Shown one piece after another: positions 10,590 to 23,895 of a stretch of 64,000 nucleotides of DNA (position 1 is the stretch's first letter; every line of letters begins with the position of its first letter). Below the pieces are notes generated by a model. The model was not told the DNA's origin. It did no database searches and saw nothing but the letters and a program-made list of their open reading frames with translations. Made by a program: the position numbers and the translations under genes. The stretch is from assembly GCF_963921235.1 (NCBI RefSeq), contig NC_086098.1:237894001-237958000 (forward strand), written 5' to 3'. The DNA comes from Mobula hypostoma. Its lineage: Eukaryota.

Positions 10590-12390
10590 TATACTATTAT
10601 TGTTGCTCTATTTTTTCCAAGCTCAAACTGGTAAAACCTGAGATACGGACATAGCCAGGCACATTTATTTCTCAATTGTCAGGAAATTTCTAGAGGTATT
10701 TTGTATTGTCGCTTTCTGGGGATTTATAAAATATTTCTATCTAGGCCTAATTGGTTAATCCTATTGTGTTGTGACTGTGGGATTGGATAGCTGCAGATAT
10801 TACTATTGGGACAGTTTTACTATCGAGATCTGCTCACTTTTATTATTTTCTCAGCTCATGCTGGTAAAATATAAGGTACGGGCATAGTCAAGCACGCCTA
10901 TTTCTCAATGTTGTGTTTAGTATACCATGTTCATGTTCTATAGACTTACATTTTTCTCTTTGACTTCAGCAAAAGTCTCATGATTTTCACTTACTAATTT
11001 CTGTATGTTATATTAGCTTGGAATGGCTCATTTGTTTATTTGTCCTATAATATTGCATCCAGTCTGTTATTAAGGATCGGCCTATCAGTAATAAAGGATC
11101 GGTCAGCATATAATAATACACATAAAATGCTGGAGTAACTCAACAGGCCGGGCACCATCTTTCGAAAAGAGTAAACAGTTGGGACCCTTCATCAGCATTT
11201 TTGTGTATTACTTTGATTTCCAGCATCTGCAGATTTTCTCTTTTCGGTCATAATATAACTTGAAGGGTTCCAACTCTAAAACTGAATCAGGTTTGCATTT
11301 ATGGTAAGGTACAGTGTCTTTTATGAGTTTGGTTTGTAGAGTGAGATTTTGGTGAATGATGTTTGCCAGTTGATTGTGCCTGGGTAAGACTGAGTTAAAC
11401 TGCTGCAGAAACCTGTAAAGTGCTAGAATATTCCTGGTTTCTCTTGGCATAGTTGGCATTTATGCCAGAAAGAACTCCTCTGTTTCTGGGAAGCGGTCTT
11501 CAACTTCCAGCCAGGCATTCGACGAATCTTTGTCGACGTCTTTTCTGCTCCGATCGTGATAAGTGTTTCATGGAGGTTCATGCTCTTCAACTGGTTAACC
11601 TTTTTTTCTGTGCTGATAATTTCCCTATCTTTCTGGGTTGTGTTTTCCTTGAAGTTTAGTTGTTTGTACTACTTATCAGTATTGCATATGCTAGCGTGGA
11701 GTGCTGAATCCTCTTTTCGTTGATGAAAGTGTATCCTTAAAAGTTATATCTAATTGTTCTGTATTTTAATGTCTGTTATTACTCTTCCTCATTCTGTCCA
11801 AGGTAGTGTTCGTGTAAGTTCGTTCAAGCATTCGTATTGTTTTCGGAGATTTGTCATTTCAGATCTTATTTTTCTTCATAACTTTTCCAGATCGGTTTCG
11901 AACCAAGATATTCTACCAAATGAATAAGTTAATACGGGTACGGCGAAAGAGTTGAATGCTACTGTCATATTTTTACTTTGGGTGGTAGGGTGGACATACA
12001 TCTCGACCAAAAGAGGTTTAAGGTGCTCTTTCCCTCCTCCAGCTTGCAGGTCAGCTTTGAGCAAGATGTAGCTCCTGCTTAGGCCCGAATAAGTGTTAAG
12101 TGAAGCCATCAGCTTGTGGATCAAAGTATGAGCAGCTGGTGAATATCAGGGGTCGTGTTTATGTGACCACCTACTCCAGGCAGACAATCTCCGAAGAGTA
12201 TTGATAACGGCGGGGTAGGATACGGCATGGCAGTTTTTACTGTTGAGATCTTATCACTATTTTTTTCTCAGCTAAACCTGTTAAGAGACGAGGTACGGCC
12301 GGAGCCAAGCACACCCATTTCTCAATGTGGAGTTTGGTATTGTGGCACAACTGTTGTTTTCTATGCTTAATTTTTAATGCATTTCTGTCC
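10590..12390 (-). mobile_element. Degenerate R4/Dong-like non-LTR retrotransposon pieces (restriction-like endonuclease end)
   Basis: Minus-strand peptides AFNSFAVPVLTYSFG..W..TDLEKL, RHNQLANIIHQNL, ITDRPILNNRLD and VPIVIS resemble the RT C-terminus, zinc knuckle and RLE of R4-clade elements. Three copies of the same 3' end are present. Confidence 0.6.
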
Positions 12391-12394
12391 TCGT

Positions 12395-12960
12395 CGAGAC
12401 TATCCCTCGAGGTCGAGGATGACGGTCTTCGTTCTGTTGATCTACTCATGGGCTCTCAAGTGGTTTATGAGTCAAATCTTGGCTTTGAAAGTTCTTCCGC
12501 ATTCAGGGCAGGTGGCAGATCGGGCTTTGGTTGTTGCTGCCTCTCTTTCCATTTTCTTCTCTTTTCTTCTAATCCTGCACATCTGTTGGCTTCGAAAGTT
12601 GATGTTCCTTCTCGGATTATGGCTTCCCAGAGATTCCTGTCCGTGCCTTTGGTTTCCCAATTGTTGATGTAGATGTTACATTTCTTCATGTTGGATTTTA
12701 AGACGTCTTTGAATCTCTTCTGTTGTCCGCCTCTTTTACGTTTGCCTTTTTTAACTTGAGAGTAGAAGGTTTGTTTCGGCAGACGTTCGTCTTTCATCCG
12801 ACCGCTCATTCTTAGTTGGTTCTTGATGACGTAGGCATCAATGCATGTTGTTTTTGCTTCATTTAGCACGCTGATGTTGGTTCTTCTATCTTCCCAGCTG
12901 ATATTTAAGATGTTTCGAAGACAGCGTTGATGGAATTTCTCAAGTGCCTTCAAATGTCGT
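12395..12960 (-). mobile_element. RTE-clade LINE 3' fragment
   Basis: ORF 12465-12953 (LEKFHQRCLRNILNISWEDRRTNISVL...RLPKQTFYSQ...GGQQKRFKD) and a C2H2 finger CPECGRTFKAKI. The 3' end is CCTCGACCTCGAGGGATAG. Confidence 0.88.
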
Positions 12961-13024
12961 CGGTATTTTGCCCAAGGTGTTTTCCATTTCTGCTGGTTCT
13001 CTAACCCGTCACAGTGTACGTGAC

Positions 13025-16000
13025 AGGTAAGAATAAATTTACCGCACCTCCCCTCTCGAGTAATCTACGCTCCTGCTTCTACCTTCTCGGATTATCGACA
13101 ATCGCTATTTAAACAAAATATGGAACATAGAACATAGAATAATTTATGTTTACTGTTACACGGTAACAGGCCCTTCAGCCCATAATATTGTGCCGAACCA
13201 ATTGCATTAATAATTAGCTACCCATCTAATCACTTCTGACTATATAATAGCCATTTTCATCACATCCATACGCCTATCTAAACGGCTCTTAAAAGTCCTA
13301 AATGTGTCTACCACTACCACCACCCCAGCGCATTCTAGGCTCCCACCACCATCTGTGAAAAATCCTGCTCTTCATACCGCCACTGAAATTAGCCCCTTTT
13401 CACCTTGAAATGTATGACCTCTAGTGTTGGAAGCTCCTTATTTGTTCTACCAAATTGTTTTTTATGCCTTCTGAATTAGCTGCCCAAACTCTTTTCCGCC
13501 CGGCATTCGGGTCGCTGAACTTGCAGTAGGCGAGAGAGCTGAAAGACCGCCAAGCATCTCATCGTTCGTGACCGAGTTAAACTCTGGGTGTTAATTGCAG
13601 GCGCGTGTCCATCGCTTTGTAAGGTCGACGCAAGGGATGGGGGAGATCCTATGCAATTGATGAAAATCAAACGCAATGCTTATTAATAAATGTTTGGTTC
13701 TATTGGAAACAGGCAGAGGCGCGCTGCGGGTTTTCTGTTTACTGGAAGCCAGGCACACACTGATGGAACAGGGTTTGCAAACATATAAAAATACACGTCT
13801 TCTAGCTTTGGTCAGATCACAGTTGGAGTCTTTACACAGTGCTGAATCTGGGGTGTGAGACTGTGGGCAGAAGTCTGATTAGATTTATCAGCAGTCCTAA
13901 TGATAGCAGGAAATCTTCCTCCAGAGAAGTGAGATGAGTGGGTTGTGTTGATGGCGAATTCATCGGGATTGATTTTAATGATGAAAGTATTCGATAGGGT
14001 GGGTGTGCAGATATTTCCAGGTAGCAATGGTTATGTTGGAACAGGGCGAGTGGCAACGGACGCCGAAGCTAGTGGCCATCAGTTAAAATATAAAAGCAAG
14101 GATGCAAAACTGAGGCTTTGTAACGCATTGGTCAAACATCACCTGGAGTACTGTGAGTAGATTTGGACACCCATATCTACGCAAGACTGTGTTGGCATTG
14201 GAGATGGTCCGGAGGAGCTTCACGAGAATGATTCCACGAATGAATGAGTTAACATATGAGGAGCGTTGATAGATATGGGCCTGTATTCTTGCTGAAGTTT
14301 AGAAAACTGAGGGGGGATCACATTGAAACTTGTCGAGTATTGTAAGGCCTAAATAGAGAGGATGTTTTTAAGAATGGGGTAGGCTGTGAACAGAGGGGGC
14401 AACCTCAGAAGAGAGGGGTGTGCCTTTAGACCAGAAATGAGGCGGAATTTCTTTAGCCAGAGTGTGGTGAATCTTTGGAATCCATTGCCGTAGGCGGCTG
14501 TAGAGACCCAGTCACTGAGTATACTTAGAGCGAATATTTATGGGTCTTGATTCTGAAGGGTTTCAAAGGTTAAGGAGAGAAGGCAGAGAATGGGTTTGAG
14601 GGGAAAATAATATCAGCCATGATGGAATGACGTAAGGATTTCTGGGCTGAATAGCCTAATCCTGCTCCTGTTTCTTATTGTCCGAAAAGCGACTCAATAA
14701 GGAAGGAAAGTCAGGAAAAGCCATTCCAAGGGATCTTATCAACTCCCTTCCCAACGAGTTTTATTGGTGACGAACTCACGCTTCCATTATGTTCCACGTC
14801 TCTTGCGCGCCTTTCCAAACACAACGGAGTGTTTTTGTAATCGACCAATATGTGCACAGAAAGCTTCCACAAATCGGCATTGTACTGCTGACTGGTCTTT
14901 ATGGGTCAGTTTTTCTTGTTTTCAGTGTAGTGGCGATGAATAGACAGTCGTCAGTTTAACTTCTTGCCAGAAGACGGCACAGTGGGCACGGCGGCTCCCT
15001 TCCTCTCAGGATTCCTTCTGGACATTTACGTAGAAATTGAAGTTAAATAAAGCTGGGTACGCAGGTGAAGAGGACGGTGTGAAGTGTTGATGAGAGTGGA
15101 GGGAAGAGGAAGTTATGGAGAGAGTAGCCAGCGATCAATAGGAGTTGGACTGATGTGATGAAATGATCTGTATAAATGAGTCGCAGGAAAAGGTAAATTT
15201 TCACTGTTCATCGTTACAATTATAAACCAATTATATTGAGTGTACGATTGCACTAATTGGATCGATTGTTTTGGTCGAAAAGCTCATCATATGCACAGAT
15301 AAAGACATGTGCAGGACCCTGCTGAAGGGTCTCGGCACGAAACATCGACTGTACTCTTTTCCATGGATGCTGCCTGGCCTGCTGTGCTCCTCCAGCAGAT
15401 GCTGTGTGTCTGCTGAATTCCTCCATCATTTTATGTGTGTGTTTCCAGCATTTGCAGATTCTCTTGCGTTGGAGACTGTATTTTTTTCCGGGCAAATATG
15501 TGTGCTTTTACACCGCAGGTAGGGAGGTGGTCAAATATAAGGGGAAACTATACCGCTTACGTCAGGACACCTAAAATCTTAACTGCACAGCGGGATCATG
15601 GGTTCGAAGTCCTTAACTCTTTGGAAGTAGCCACACTTGTAGATAAGGTGGTAAGTAATGCATATGTAATAGGTCGGAGCATTAGGAATCTGAGTCGGGG
15701 TGACATGTTGCAGCTGTATTAAAGTTTGGTTAAGCAGCTAAAAGTATTGTGTGCATTTCTTGCGCCCCGTTTCAAGCAGGATGCGGAGACTTTGGAAAGG
15801 GTGCAGAGAAAGTCTGCCAGTGTTCTCCATGGACTGGACGGCATGAGCCATATAGAGAGGATGATATTTTATTTGTTGTCTCAGGAGAATCTGAAGGTGA
15901 GAGACGACCCGCTCAAAACTTGAAAGATAGTGAGAGGCCGAGACTTAATAGAACGCAGCATGAGATTGCCTAATGCTAGGGGATTTAAGATGAGATTGAA

Positions 16001-16575
16001 GGAAGTTTAAATGAGATATGTAGGGCAGGCTTTTTACACATAGAGTGAGGGGTGCCTTATACAGGCTGTCGGAGATAATCGACGCAGATACGATAGTGAT
16101 GTTTAAAAATAACACACACACAAAATGCTGGAGGAACTCAGAAGCTCAGGCAGCATGTATGGAGGGGAATGATCAGTCAACGTTTAATTATTTCATTCCA
16201 CAGTTGCTGCCTGCCCCACTGATTTCATCCAGCATTTTGTGTATTTTACTCAGGTTTTCCAGTATCTCCAGAACCTCCTGTGTTTATGACAGCGGCGTTT
16301 AGGAGTCTGTTAGACAAAAACATGAATATAATGTACACGGATCACGTTCAGGCAGTCGACAATTAGTTTATTTTGCTACTGTGTTTGGCGGACACATTGT
16401 GGGCCGAAGGGCATGTTCCTGTGCTGTATTGTTCAACGTACTGCTTATTGAAAATATTCCGGAGCATTTGGTCTTTCGTTCCCGATCACAACCTCCTGCA
16501 AAAAAATCTTCTTTGTTCCCTGTTTTGAATATTTGGTAACTGGGACTCGGTATCCAGAAACAATTCCCCTGTCCT
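13025..16575 (-). pseudogene. Decayed paralog of the 5' part (intron, leader, upstream DNA) of the VJ-type receptor gene; V exon absent
   Basis: Colinear homology with 2340-4550. The leader at 13520-13562 reads ATG AGA TGC TTG GCG GTC TTT CAG CTC TCT CGC CTA CTG CAA G (MRCLAVFQLSRLLQ) but is followed by TTCAGC instead of a GT donor. Confidence 0.75.
14060..14680 (+). mobile_element. CR1 3' fragment, inserted only in the paralogous block
   Basis: LVKHHLEYCE, RNFFSQSVVNLW and a CR1 3' UTR; no counterpart in 2340-4550. Confidence 0.8.
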
Positions 16576-19099
16576 ATCGGATCCATTGTTTTGGTCGAAA
16601 AGCTCATCATATGCACAGATAAAGACATGTGCAGGACCCTGCTGAGGGAGTCTAGGAATAGACAATTTAGCGAGAGGGTGGTGAATCTGTGGAATTCATT
16701 GCCACAGACGTCTGCGTAAGTCAAGTTGTTGGGTATATTTAGAGCAGAGATTGGTCTGTACTTGACTAGTGAGGGCTTCAAAGATTACAGGAGAATGGGG
16801 TTGAGAAGGATAATAAATCAACCATGACGGAATGGTGGAGCAGGACCGATGGGCAGAATGGCCTGACTCTGCTACTCTATCTTATGATCCTACGGTTTAT
16901 TTTCGAAAAACACCCTAATCAGTTTAGAATCAAGAAACAATTTTGAGCTGATGGTGATTGTGGAAGAGATGTTGCTGTCAATGCGTAGTGACTGGGTTCT
17001 GCCAGTAAGGAAATCCAGGATCCAGTTGTGCAAGGAGGTGTAGAGGCCTAGATCTTGGTTTATTGATCCGCCTCGAGGGGCTAATAGCTAAATCCGGGAG
17101 AATGATGAGTGTTTGATGGCTATTGGCTTGTACTCACCCATTTGTTAGGTTTCGATATATTTCCCTTACATGTAATAAATTTAATTAAAACAGCGATACA
17201 GACATTTATATCTTAATTTTATCATATTAGCCCACCAAATCTACTCGGCCTTCTGGTGGCGTCGTTCTTCATTTCAGATATTTTTTCCTCCAAAATAGGC
17301 AACACCATTCTGGAGATCAACAACGCCGACTGCAATCCGCAGTTCCCCTCTATACTACATCTGTGTTTGAGAGCTTGTCTATATCCCTCTCTATCCCTCT
17401 GTACACCCCTGCTTTTGTCTGTTTCTCTACCTCACTCTATATCTGTGGCTGTGTCTTCCCGTCTGCTGTATGACTGCCTGTATGTCATTATCTCTCTCTC
17501 CTTCTCACCATCCCCCTTTCCGTCTACCCATCCATTCTGTGTCTGCGTCTGCCTCTATCCGTCTCCCTCTCTCACCTATTTCTCCTATCTTTATCTCCCT
17601 TTCTCTCGCCTCACTCTACCTCTCCTCTCACTATGTCCCGAGATCCTATGCTGATTAATGCCATCTCCTGATCCTGCTCCATGACCGTTGTTGGATATAC
17701 TGTTATGTGTGTGGTTACACCTGTTTTATCGTTTGGCACTTCACTGTCTGGTTCTTTGTGCTAACCCATCTCTGTTGTGAATCCCGCAGGTAACTTCTGA
17801 CCCGAGCAAGATGAGATGAGGTGAGACATCCGACAACCACGGTGATCATCTTGCACAGGCTCCGTGTATGAACACAGATTCTCCAAGATGTTAACTGTCA
17901 AGTTGCCCCATCTATTAACCAATCACCAAGTTCCCAGTGTAAGTGCAAGGAAACTGGTATCTTCTCTAAGTATCCTGTACACAGGGAGTTACCTCACACA
18001 CTGATATCAATACGTGAAACCAAGTAGATCAAGCTAAGGACTACAATCTGTAAAGGAGGGAAGGCGAAAGGTCAAGTACTAACAAATAGGACGACAGCAG
18101 ATGGGTTCTGTATGATCAGCATATACGTTGTGGGCTGCAGGGCCTGTTATGTGCTCGTTGACTTCAAAGCATGTTTGCATACAATCACATACATACAACA
18201 GATATTTCTGGGATTCACTTTACTTGTGAATAACAAAAAAAAACAGAGAAATCGATCACCACAAATAATTATTAATCCTGGGCATATTCCAGTGTTCTGT
18301 GTCTGTCACGCCCCACTGAACAGCCTTCATTCTGACGGGTGTTAGTTCGTTCAATTCTGGGAGTTTAAGTTTCAGCCTTGAACAATTTGGTTTAAGTTGT
18401 ATTGGGGGAAGGCCACGCCGTGGGAGGGGAGGTGCTGAGGGAAGGGCACAATATGGTCGCAGAGAGTAAGGAGTGCTGCAGTATGGAACTTGTGATGTTT
18501 TGAATTATCTTCTAATCAGCCTCCCATCGACCTGTTCTAGGGATAAGATTGAGCACAATATTTATCCTTCAATCACCACGACAACACTAAGCAGACACTT
18601 TTCTATCTGTGGCATCCTGTGCATAAATTAGCCGATCTCATATCGTAGCGTTTCCTCGTCTGTAGGGACTGAGGCTTCAAAGATTCCCGGTGCGAGGAGC
18701 TGAGGAAATTTTGGGCCACGCTAACCGTTTGTTCTCCGCGCTGCCACCCCATCCACGTCTGCAGGTTTTCCGAGAGGATTGCATGGTGAGCGGCTACCGT
18801 AACCCACAGAGCTCAACCACGGACTGTCTCCTAGCACGTTCCATATGACTAACAAGATCTATCTCCTCCCCAGTTTGGTACGCGTTGGAGCCAAACATGG
18901 CAACGGGGAAGAAGTTGCTGGCAGCAAAAGCTCAGAGACTCTTCGGCCCCTCGGCTCCGTGCTTGTGTTCACTGCTCCACTCACGCTGGATCCAACCTGA
19001 AATAAGTAGGTTAGCAAATTTTGAAGAAAACGCAACCTGCCTGCAAAGAGGCGGTGGAATAGGTGAATGCTTGATGGTTCAGTACAACGTAGCATGGTG

Positions 19100-19693
19100 T
19101 TTAGAATGAAAAGTGATTTGTTATTGAACTGGAATATGCTCGAAATTTTCACGAAACTTCCAGTCTCCCCGATGGCCCCATCTGTGCCAGGTTCATCGAG
19201 ATGTAGCTCCTTACAGACCGTGATATGGAACTGGAGCTGCACCTTCTTGCTTGCTAGTAAAATTGAAGCAGTGATAGACTGAAGCTGCGGGGAGGTAGTT
19301 ACCCCAAGAGTACAGGAGAAAGATAAATGAGTGATTGTCACAAGGGGGAAGGGAGAATGTCAGAAAGAGGACAGCACCCCTGTGGCAGTCCCAATATATA
19401 ATACGTACTCCAATTTGAAAACTGTTGAGGGGGGGACGGCCTACCTGTGAGAAACAACAGCGGCCATGCCTCTGGCGCTCTGTGTGGACCCGTGGCTCAG
19501 AAGGGTAGGTAACCGAGGAGGATGGCAACAGTAATACGGGACTCCATGGTCAGGAGGACAGATAGGCGATACTGAGACGCGAAAATGAAACATGGGTGGT
19601 GGTTTGCCTCGCAGGTGCCAGGGTCCAAGATGATTCTGGACGTATCCGTAATATCCTGAGAAGCGAGTGTGAGCAGCCAGAATTACGGTACAT
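19100..19693 (+). mobile_element. CR1 ORF1 (esterase-like) fragment, interrupted by an L1
   Basis: Degenerate ATVIRDSMVRRTDRR...VVCLAGARVQD...EQPE..VH motif. It ends at GGTACAT and resumes after 21548. Confidence 0.7.
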
Positions 19694-21541
19694 TTTTTTT
19701 TATCTGCATTAAGGTTTTTTTATACTTTATTTTCAAAAGTTTCAAAAAACAACAATGCAATCAACAAGACCATACCAACTCAGACATGCATAAAAATGAA
19801 ATAAGTAAAAAAAAAAGAAAGAAAGAGACATAACATTAGAGGGATGCCTATTGTACAAAGTGCTCAAAAATACTAAATATTGAATCTCAAATGAGGGCCG
19901 TCAGAAATCAGCTGGAGGGAAATTGCTCATCCACCCCCGGACTCGTCCAGGTAGGCAAGAAATTGATCCCTGTTGCCGAACTTTTTTAATTGAATTTGTT
20001 CTCAGGAACTTAAGTTTCTCCATCTGTATGACTGAGATCATATCAGCTATCCATCTCCGAAAAGAAGGGGGAGAAGGTGATTTCCATTCCCTCAAGATAA
20101 GTCTTTTGGCAACAATCATCCCCAGCATCAGAGACTGTGGTATGGCTGCAGGGAAACAAATGGTAGATTGCGAGCAGCCAAATATAGAGAGACCAGCTTC
20201 CAGGGGAAGTATCTTTCATAGACCTTTGAGTTCAAGTCGAATATTTTGGACCAAAATCTAAGCAGTGATGGGCAAAACCAAAAGGTGTATGACAACGTGG
20301 CTTCCGTTCCTTGGCATCTATCACACATTGGCGAGACAGATGGTATATATTTGTGCCCCTCTACAACGACTACACGCGTTTTTTTTTGTTCGAAGTAGTT
20401 AAAGATCACTTTACTTATCTTGGCTTGACACTCCCCAAAGATCCTAAATTAATATTCAAATTAAACTTCGCGGAGTTTATTTCAAAACTTAAACAGAATA
20501 TTGAAAGTTGGAAAACCCTACCTCTGTCCATGATTGGTCGTATAAATTCAATTAAAATGGTTTCCATTCCAAGGTTTCTTTATCTTTGTCAAAATATCCC
20601 CATTCTTCCGACATCAGCTTTCTTTAATAAATTGGACTCCATAATATTGTCTTATATCTGGAATTATAAGAATCACAGGATTTCGAAAATTCATTAACAA
20701 AAGCCCAAGTCTGAACGAGGGCTGGGATTACCTGTATTTAGACACTATTATTGGCATGTCAATGCTAGGGCTTTAATGATTTAGCAACAGGGGGCTCAGG
20801 ATAACCTAGCCCCTGGGGCTCCCTTGTGACTATGTATGGAGTTTAACTCTGTTGTCAATTCCTCCTTGCCAGCCATGCTGTTCTCTAAGTTAGGGAAGCC
20901 TGGCACTTCAAAAAGTTTGAGTTCTGTTTTGAAAAATTCCATCAGAATTCTAAATCAGATTAGGAGCATTCTGAGTTTACCAGAGACCTCTGTACAAACA
21001 CCAATCTGTTTCAATCACTCCTTTCTACCCTCATGGTCAGATAAAATCTACCATGCTTGGAGGGAGAAGGGTCTAGTTTCTACTGAAGACCTGTACATAG
21101 AGGGACGGTTTGCAACATTTAGTCTGCTGAAAGAGAAATTTGAGCTGCCTCGTTCACACCTCTTTCGTCACTTACAAATTAGACACTACATTCAATCGAA
21201 GATTTGTAATTTTGAAATCCTTCCAGGGAAACGTATGTTTTTTTGATATTTTAAAGAACCCTCCTGACTCCAGGCGCCTCGTTTCTAACTCTGTACGTTT
21301 GTTTGATAATTGCACTGTTGCATCTACTGTGAAGATTAGAGACGCCTGGATAGAGGAGTTGGGCATTGAATTATCTGAAACTGCCTAGGATAAGTGTTTG
21401 TCAATGATACAGGCTTGCTCTGTTAGCAGCAGGCATCAAATGATCCTGCTTAAAGTTGTCCACCGTCTCCATTACTCTAAACTTAGATTGGACGGAACTT
21501 ACCCTTCTGTCTCGCCAATATGTGATAGATGCCAAGGGACT
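19694..21541 (-). mobile_element. L1/Tx1-type LINE, 5'-truncated and 5'-inverted, with a 7-bp TSD GGTACAT
   Basis: The 3' part (CDRCQG...FWFC zinc knuckle, AKRLILREWK, AATAAA and A tail) lies on the minus strand at about 19694-20365. The upstream ORF2 part (FTYLG...LPLSMIGRINSIKM) lies on the plus strand at about 20390-21541. GGTACAT occurs at 19687-19693 and 21542-21548. Confidence 0.85.
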
Positions 21542-21559
21542 GGTACATATTATTAAACG

Positions 21560-23400
21560 TTAAAAAAAAACAGGTAAAGCTAGAGATCTAGATTATAAGG
21601 CCAGCAGGAAGGAGCTGAAGAATGAAATTAGGACAGCCTTGGTGAGCAGGATTAAGGAAACCCCAAGGCATTCTACAACTATGTTAAGAGCAAAAGGATA
21701 AGCTGTGAGAGAATAGGACCAATAAAGTTTGACAGTGGAAAAGTGTTTACGGAACCGGAGGAGATAGCGGAGGTGCTTAATTAATACTTTGCCCCAGTAC
21801 TCACTACAGAAAAGGATCTTGGAGATTGCAGGGATAACTTACAACGGACTGAAAAGCTTGAACATATGGACATTAAGAAAGAGGATGTGTCGGACCCTTT
21901 GGAAAGCGTCAAGTTGGATAAGTCACTGGGACCGGACGAGATTTACCCCAGGCTACTGTGGGAGACGAGGGAAGAGATTGCTGATCCTCTGCCATTGACC
22001 TTTACATCATCAGTAGGTACGTGAGAGATTCCGGAGGATTGGAGGATTGCAGATATTTTTTCCTTATTCAGGAAAGCGAGTAGAGAAAGCCCAGGAAATT
22101 ATAGACTGGTGACCCTTACTTCAGCGGTTGGCAAATTGGTGGAGAAGATCGTGAGAGGCAGGATTTACGAACATTTAGAGAGGTATAATATGATTGGGAA
22201 TAGTCAGCATTGCTTTGTCAAAGACAGGTCGTGCCTTACGAGTCTAATTGAATATTATGATGATGTGATTAAACTCATTGATAAACGTAGAGCAGTAGAT
22301 TTAGTGCATATGGATTTCAGCAAGACATTTGATAAGACATGTAGGGCTTATTAAAAAAGTAAGGAGGCATGGGATCTAAAGGAACGTTGCTTTGTGGATC
22401 CAGAATTGGCTTGTTCACAGAAGGCAAAGAGTAGTTGTAGATTGTTCACATTCTGCATGGAGGTCGGTGACCAGTGGTGTGCCTCAAGGATCTGTGCTGG
22501 GACCCCTCCTCTTTGTGATTTTATAAATGAGCTGGATAAGGAAGGGGAGGGATGGGTAAGTCAATGTGCTGATGACACAAAGGTTGAGGGTGTAGTGGAT
22601 AGTGTGGGGGCTGTCAGAGGTGACAGCGGGACATCGATAAGATGGAAAACTGGGCTGGGAAGTGGCAGATGGAGTTCAACCCAGATTGTGTGACGTGGTT
22701 CAATTTGGTAGGTCAAATATGATGGCAGAATAGATTATTAATGGTAAGACTCTTGGCTGTGTGGAGGATCAGAGGGATCTCGGGGTCCGAGTCCATAGGA
22801 CACTCAAGGGTGCTGCGCAGGTTGACTGTGTGGTCCGGAAAGCATACGGTGCATTGGACTTCATCAACCGTGGGATTGAGTTTAAGAGTCGTGAGGTCAT
22901 GTTACAGCTTTGCGGGACCCTGGTCAGACCCTACTTGGAGTACTGTGCTTAGTTCTGGTCACGTCACTACAGGAAGTATGTGGAAACTATAGAAAGTGTG
23001 CAGAGGAGATTTACAAGGATGTTGCTGGATTGGGGAGCATGACCTATGAGAATTGGTTGAGCGAACTCGCCCTTTTCTCCTTCGACCGACGGAGGATGAG
23101 AGGTGCCTTATGGAAGTGTGTAAGATAATGAGATGCTTTGATCGTTTGGAGAAACTGAGGCTTTTTCCCAGGGTTGAGATGGCTAACACGAGAGGGCGCA
23201 GTCTTAAGGTGTTTGGAAGTAGGTACAAAAGAGATGTCAGGGCATTTTTCTTTTACGTATAGGGTGGTGAGGGTATGGAATGAAATGCAGGTGACTGTAG
23301 TAGAGGCGGATATGATAGGGTCTTTTAAGAGACTCCTGGAAAAGTACATGGAGCTTAGAAAAATAGAGGGTTCTGGGTAACCCTAGGTAATTACTAAAAT
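21560..23400 (+). mobile_element. Degenerate CR1 ORF2 (RT) through 3' end
   Basis: LTSAVGKLVEKI, GRSCLTSLI-like, MDFSKTFDK, ADDTKV and LVRPYLEYC motifs with many stops. Confidence 0.9.
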
Positions 23401-23449
23401 AAGTACATGTTCGGCCTCTGAGGCCATCTTGAAGACTGATTGCAGCACT

Positions 23450-23895
23450 TTATAACCCTTATTGGACTGTATTCCTTGGAGTTTAGAAGAATGAGGGGAG
23501 ACCTCATAGAAATATTTCGAATGTTAAAAGGCATGGACAGAGTGGATGTGGCAAAGTTGTTTCCCTTTATGGGGGAGTCTAGTACGAGAGGGCATGACTT
23601 AAGGATTGAAGGGCGCCCTTTCAGAACAGAAATGCGAAGAAATTTTTGTAGTCAGAGAATGGTGAATCTGTGGAATTTGTTGCCATGGGCAGCAGTGGAG
23701 GCCAAGTCATTGGGTGTATTTAAGGCAGAGATTGATAGATATCTGAGTAGCCAGGGCATCAAAGGTTATGGTGAGAGAGCAGGGGAGTGGGACTAAATAG
23801 GAGAAAATGGGTCAGCTCATGATAAAATGGCGGAGCAGACTCGATGGGCCGAATGGCCTACTTCTGTTCCTTTGTCTTATGGTCTTATGGTCTTA
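23450..23895 (+). mobile_element. CR1 3' fragment
   Basis: ORF 23440-23796 (LYSLEFRRMRGDLIE...RNFCSQRMVNLWN) and a (TTATGGTC) tail. Confidence 0.88.

Noticed and set aside
17256-17658. ORFs of 132 and 62 aa
   Set aside because: Produced by a CT-rich low-complexity tract.
17790-17820. Strong plus-strand acceptor and donor around a 31-nt segment
   Set aside because: Stop codons in all three frames and no partner exons identified.
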